DNA of 56,986 bases from Bdellovibrionota bacterium (GTDB lineage: Bacteria > Bdellovibrionota_C > UBA2361 > OMII01), in NCBI GenBank assembly GCA_044345405.1, contig JBIJBE010000022.1, positions 1 through 56,986 of the forward strand, in the 5' to 3' direction. Of the stretch, positions 56,812-56,986 are shown in pieces; within the stretch, counting starts at the first letter, position 1, and each line of letters begins with the position of its first letter. Below the pieces are notes generated by a model. The model was not told where the DNA came from. It saw nothing but the letters and a program-made list of their open reading frames with translations, and did not search any database. The position numbers and the translations under genes were made by a program.

Positions 56812-56986
56812 ATGGCAATTAGTATCGGAAGTAATATCACATCGCTTCAAGCGCAGCGGCGCTTGGACGGCACCGGGCAAAAGCTGAGTCTAGCGTTTAA
56901 CAAGTTGAGTTCGGGATACCGAATCAACCGAGGCGCTGACGACGCGGCGGGACTCGCTATCGCGGAGTCCTTGAAGGCGCAGTCTC
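56812..56986 (+). CDS. fliC: Flagellin 4 (partial, runs off the window)
   Basis: First 175 nt are nearly identical to flagellin 2. Confidence 0.93.
   Translation, partial: MAISIGSNITSLQAQRRLDGTGQKLSLAFNKLSSGYRINRGADDAAGLAIAESLKAQS

Overview
About 57 kb of high-GC bacterial chromosome. Gene content suggests a Bdellovibrionota/Myxococcota-like (former Deltaproteobacteria) organism; this is inferred from Myxococcus-type Cys-rich repeats, multiple short flagellins and a split nuo cluster. Core genes are dnaG-rpoD, dapAB, IclR, acyl-CoA dehydrogenase, Hpt, nuoCDEGHJKLMN (no nuoA/B/F/I), dcd, tRNA nucleotidyltransferase, SPOR, PP2C, purHD, prmA, trxA and a thiolase. The window ends in a tandem array of four sigma28-driven flagellins. 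An accessory patch at ~21.6-27.4 kb holds three attC-like sites with no integrase, MITE/REP-like repeats, a GNAT gene broken by a 7-bp duplication and an ORF6N gene. Three highlights: (1) three intact ORFs that look like catalytically dead enzyme paralogs, namely an ArgRS-like protein in the argS-SPOR position, a GlpD-like protein and a radical-SAM-like protein with no CxxxCxxC; (2) sigma28-type promoters on non-flagellar genes, including an apparently leaderless 2010-aa surface protein; (3) several dispersed palindrome families. All calls are by eye; no searches were run.
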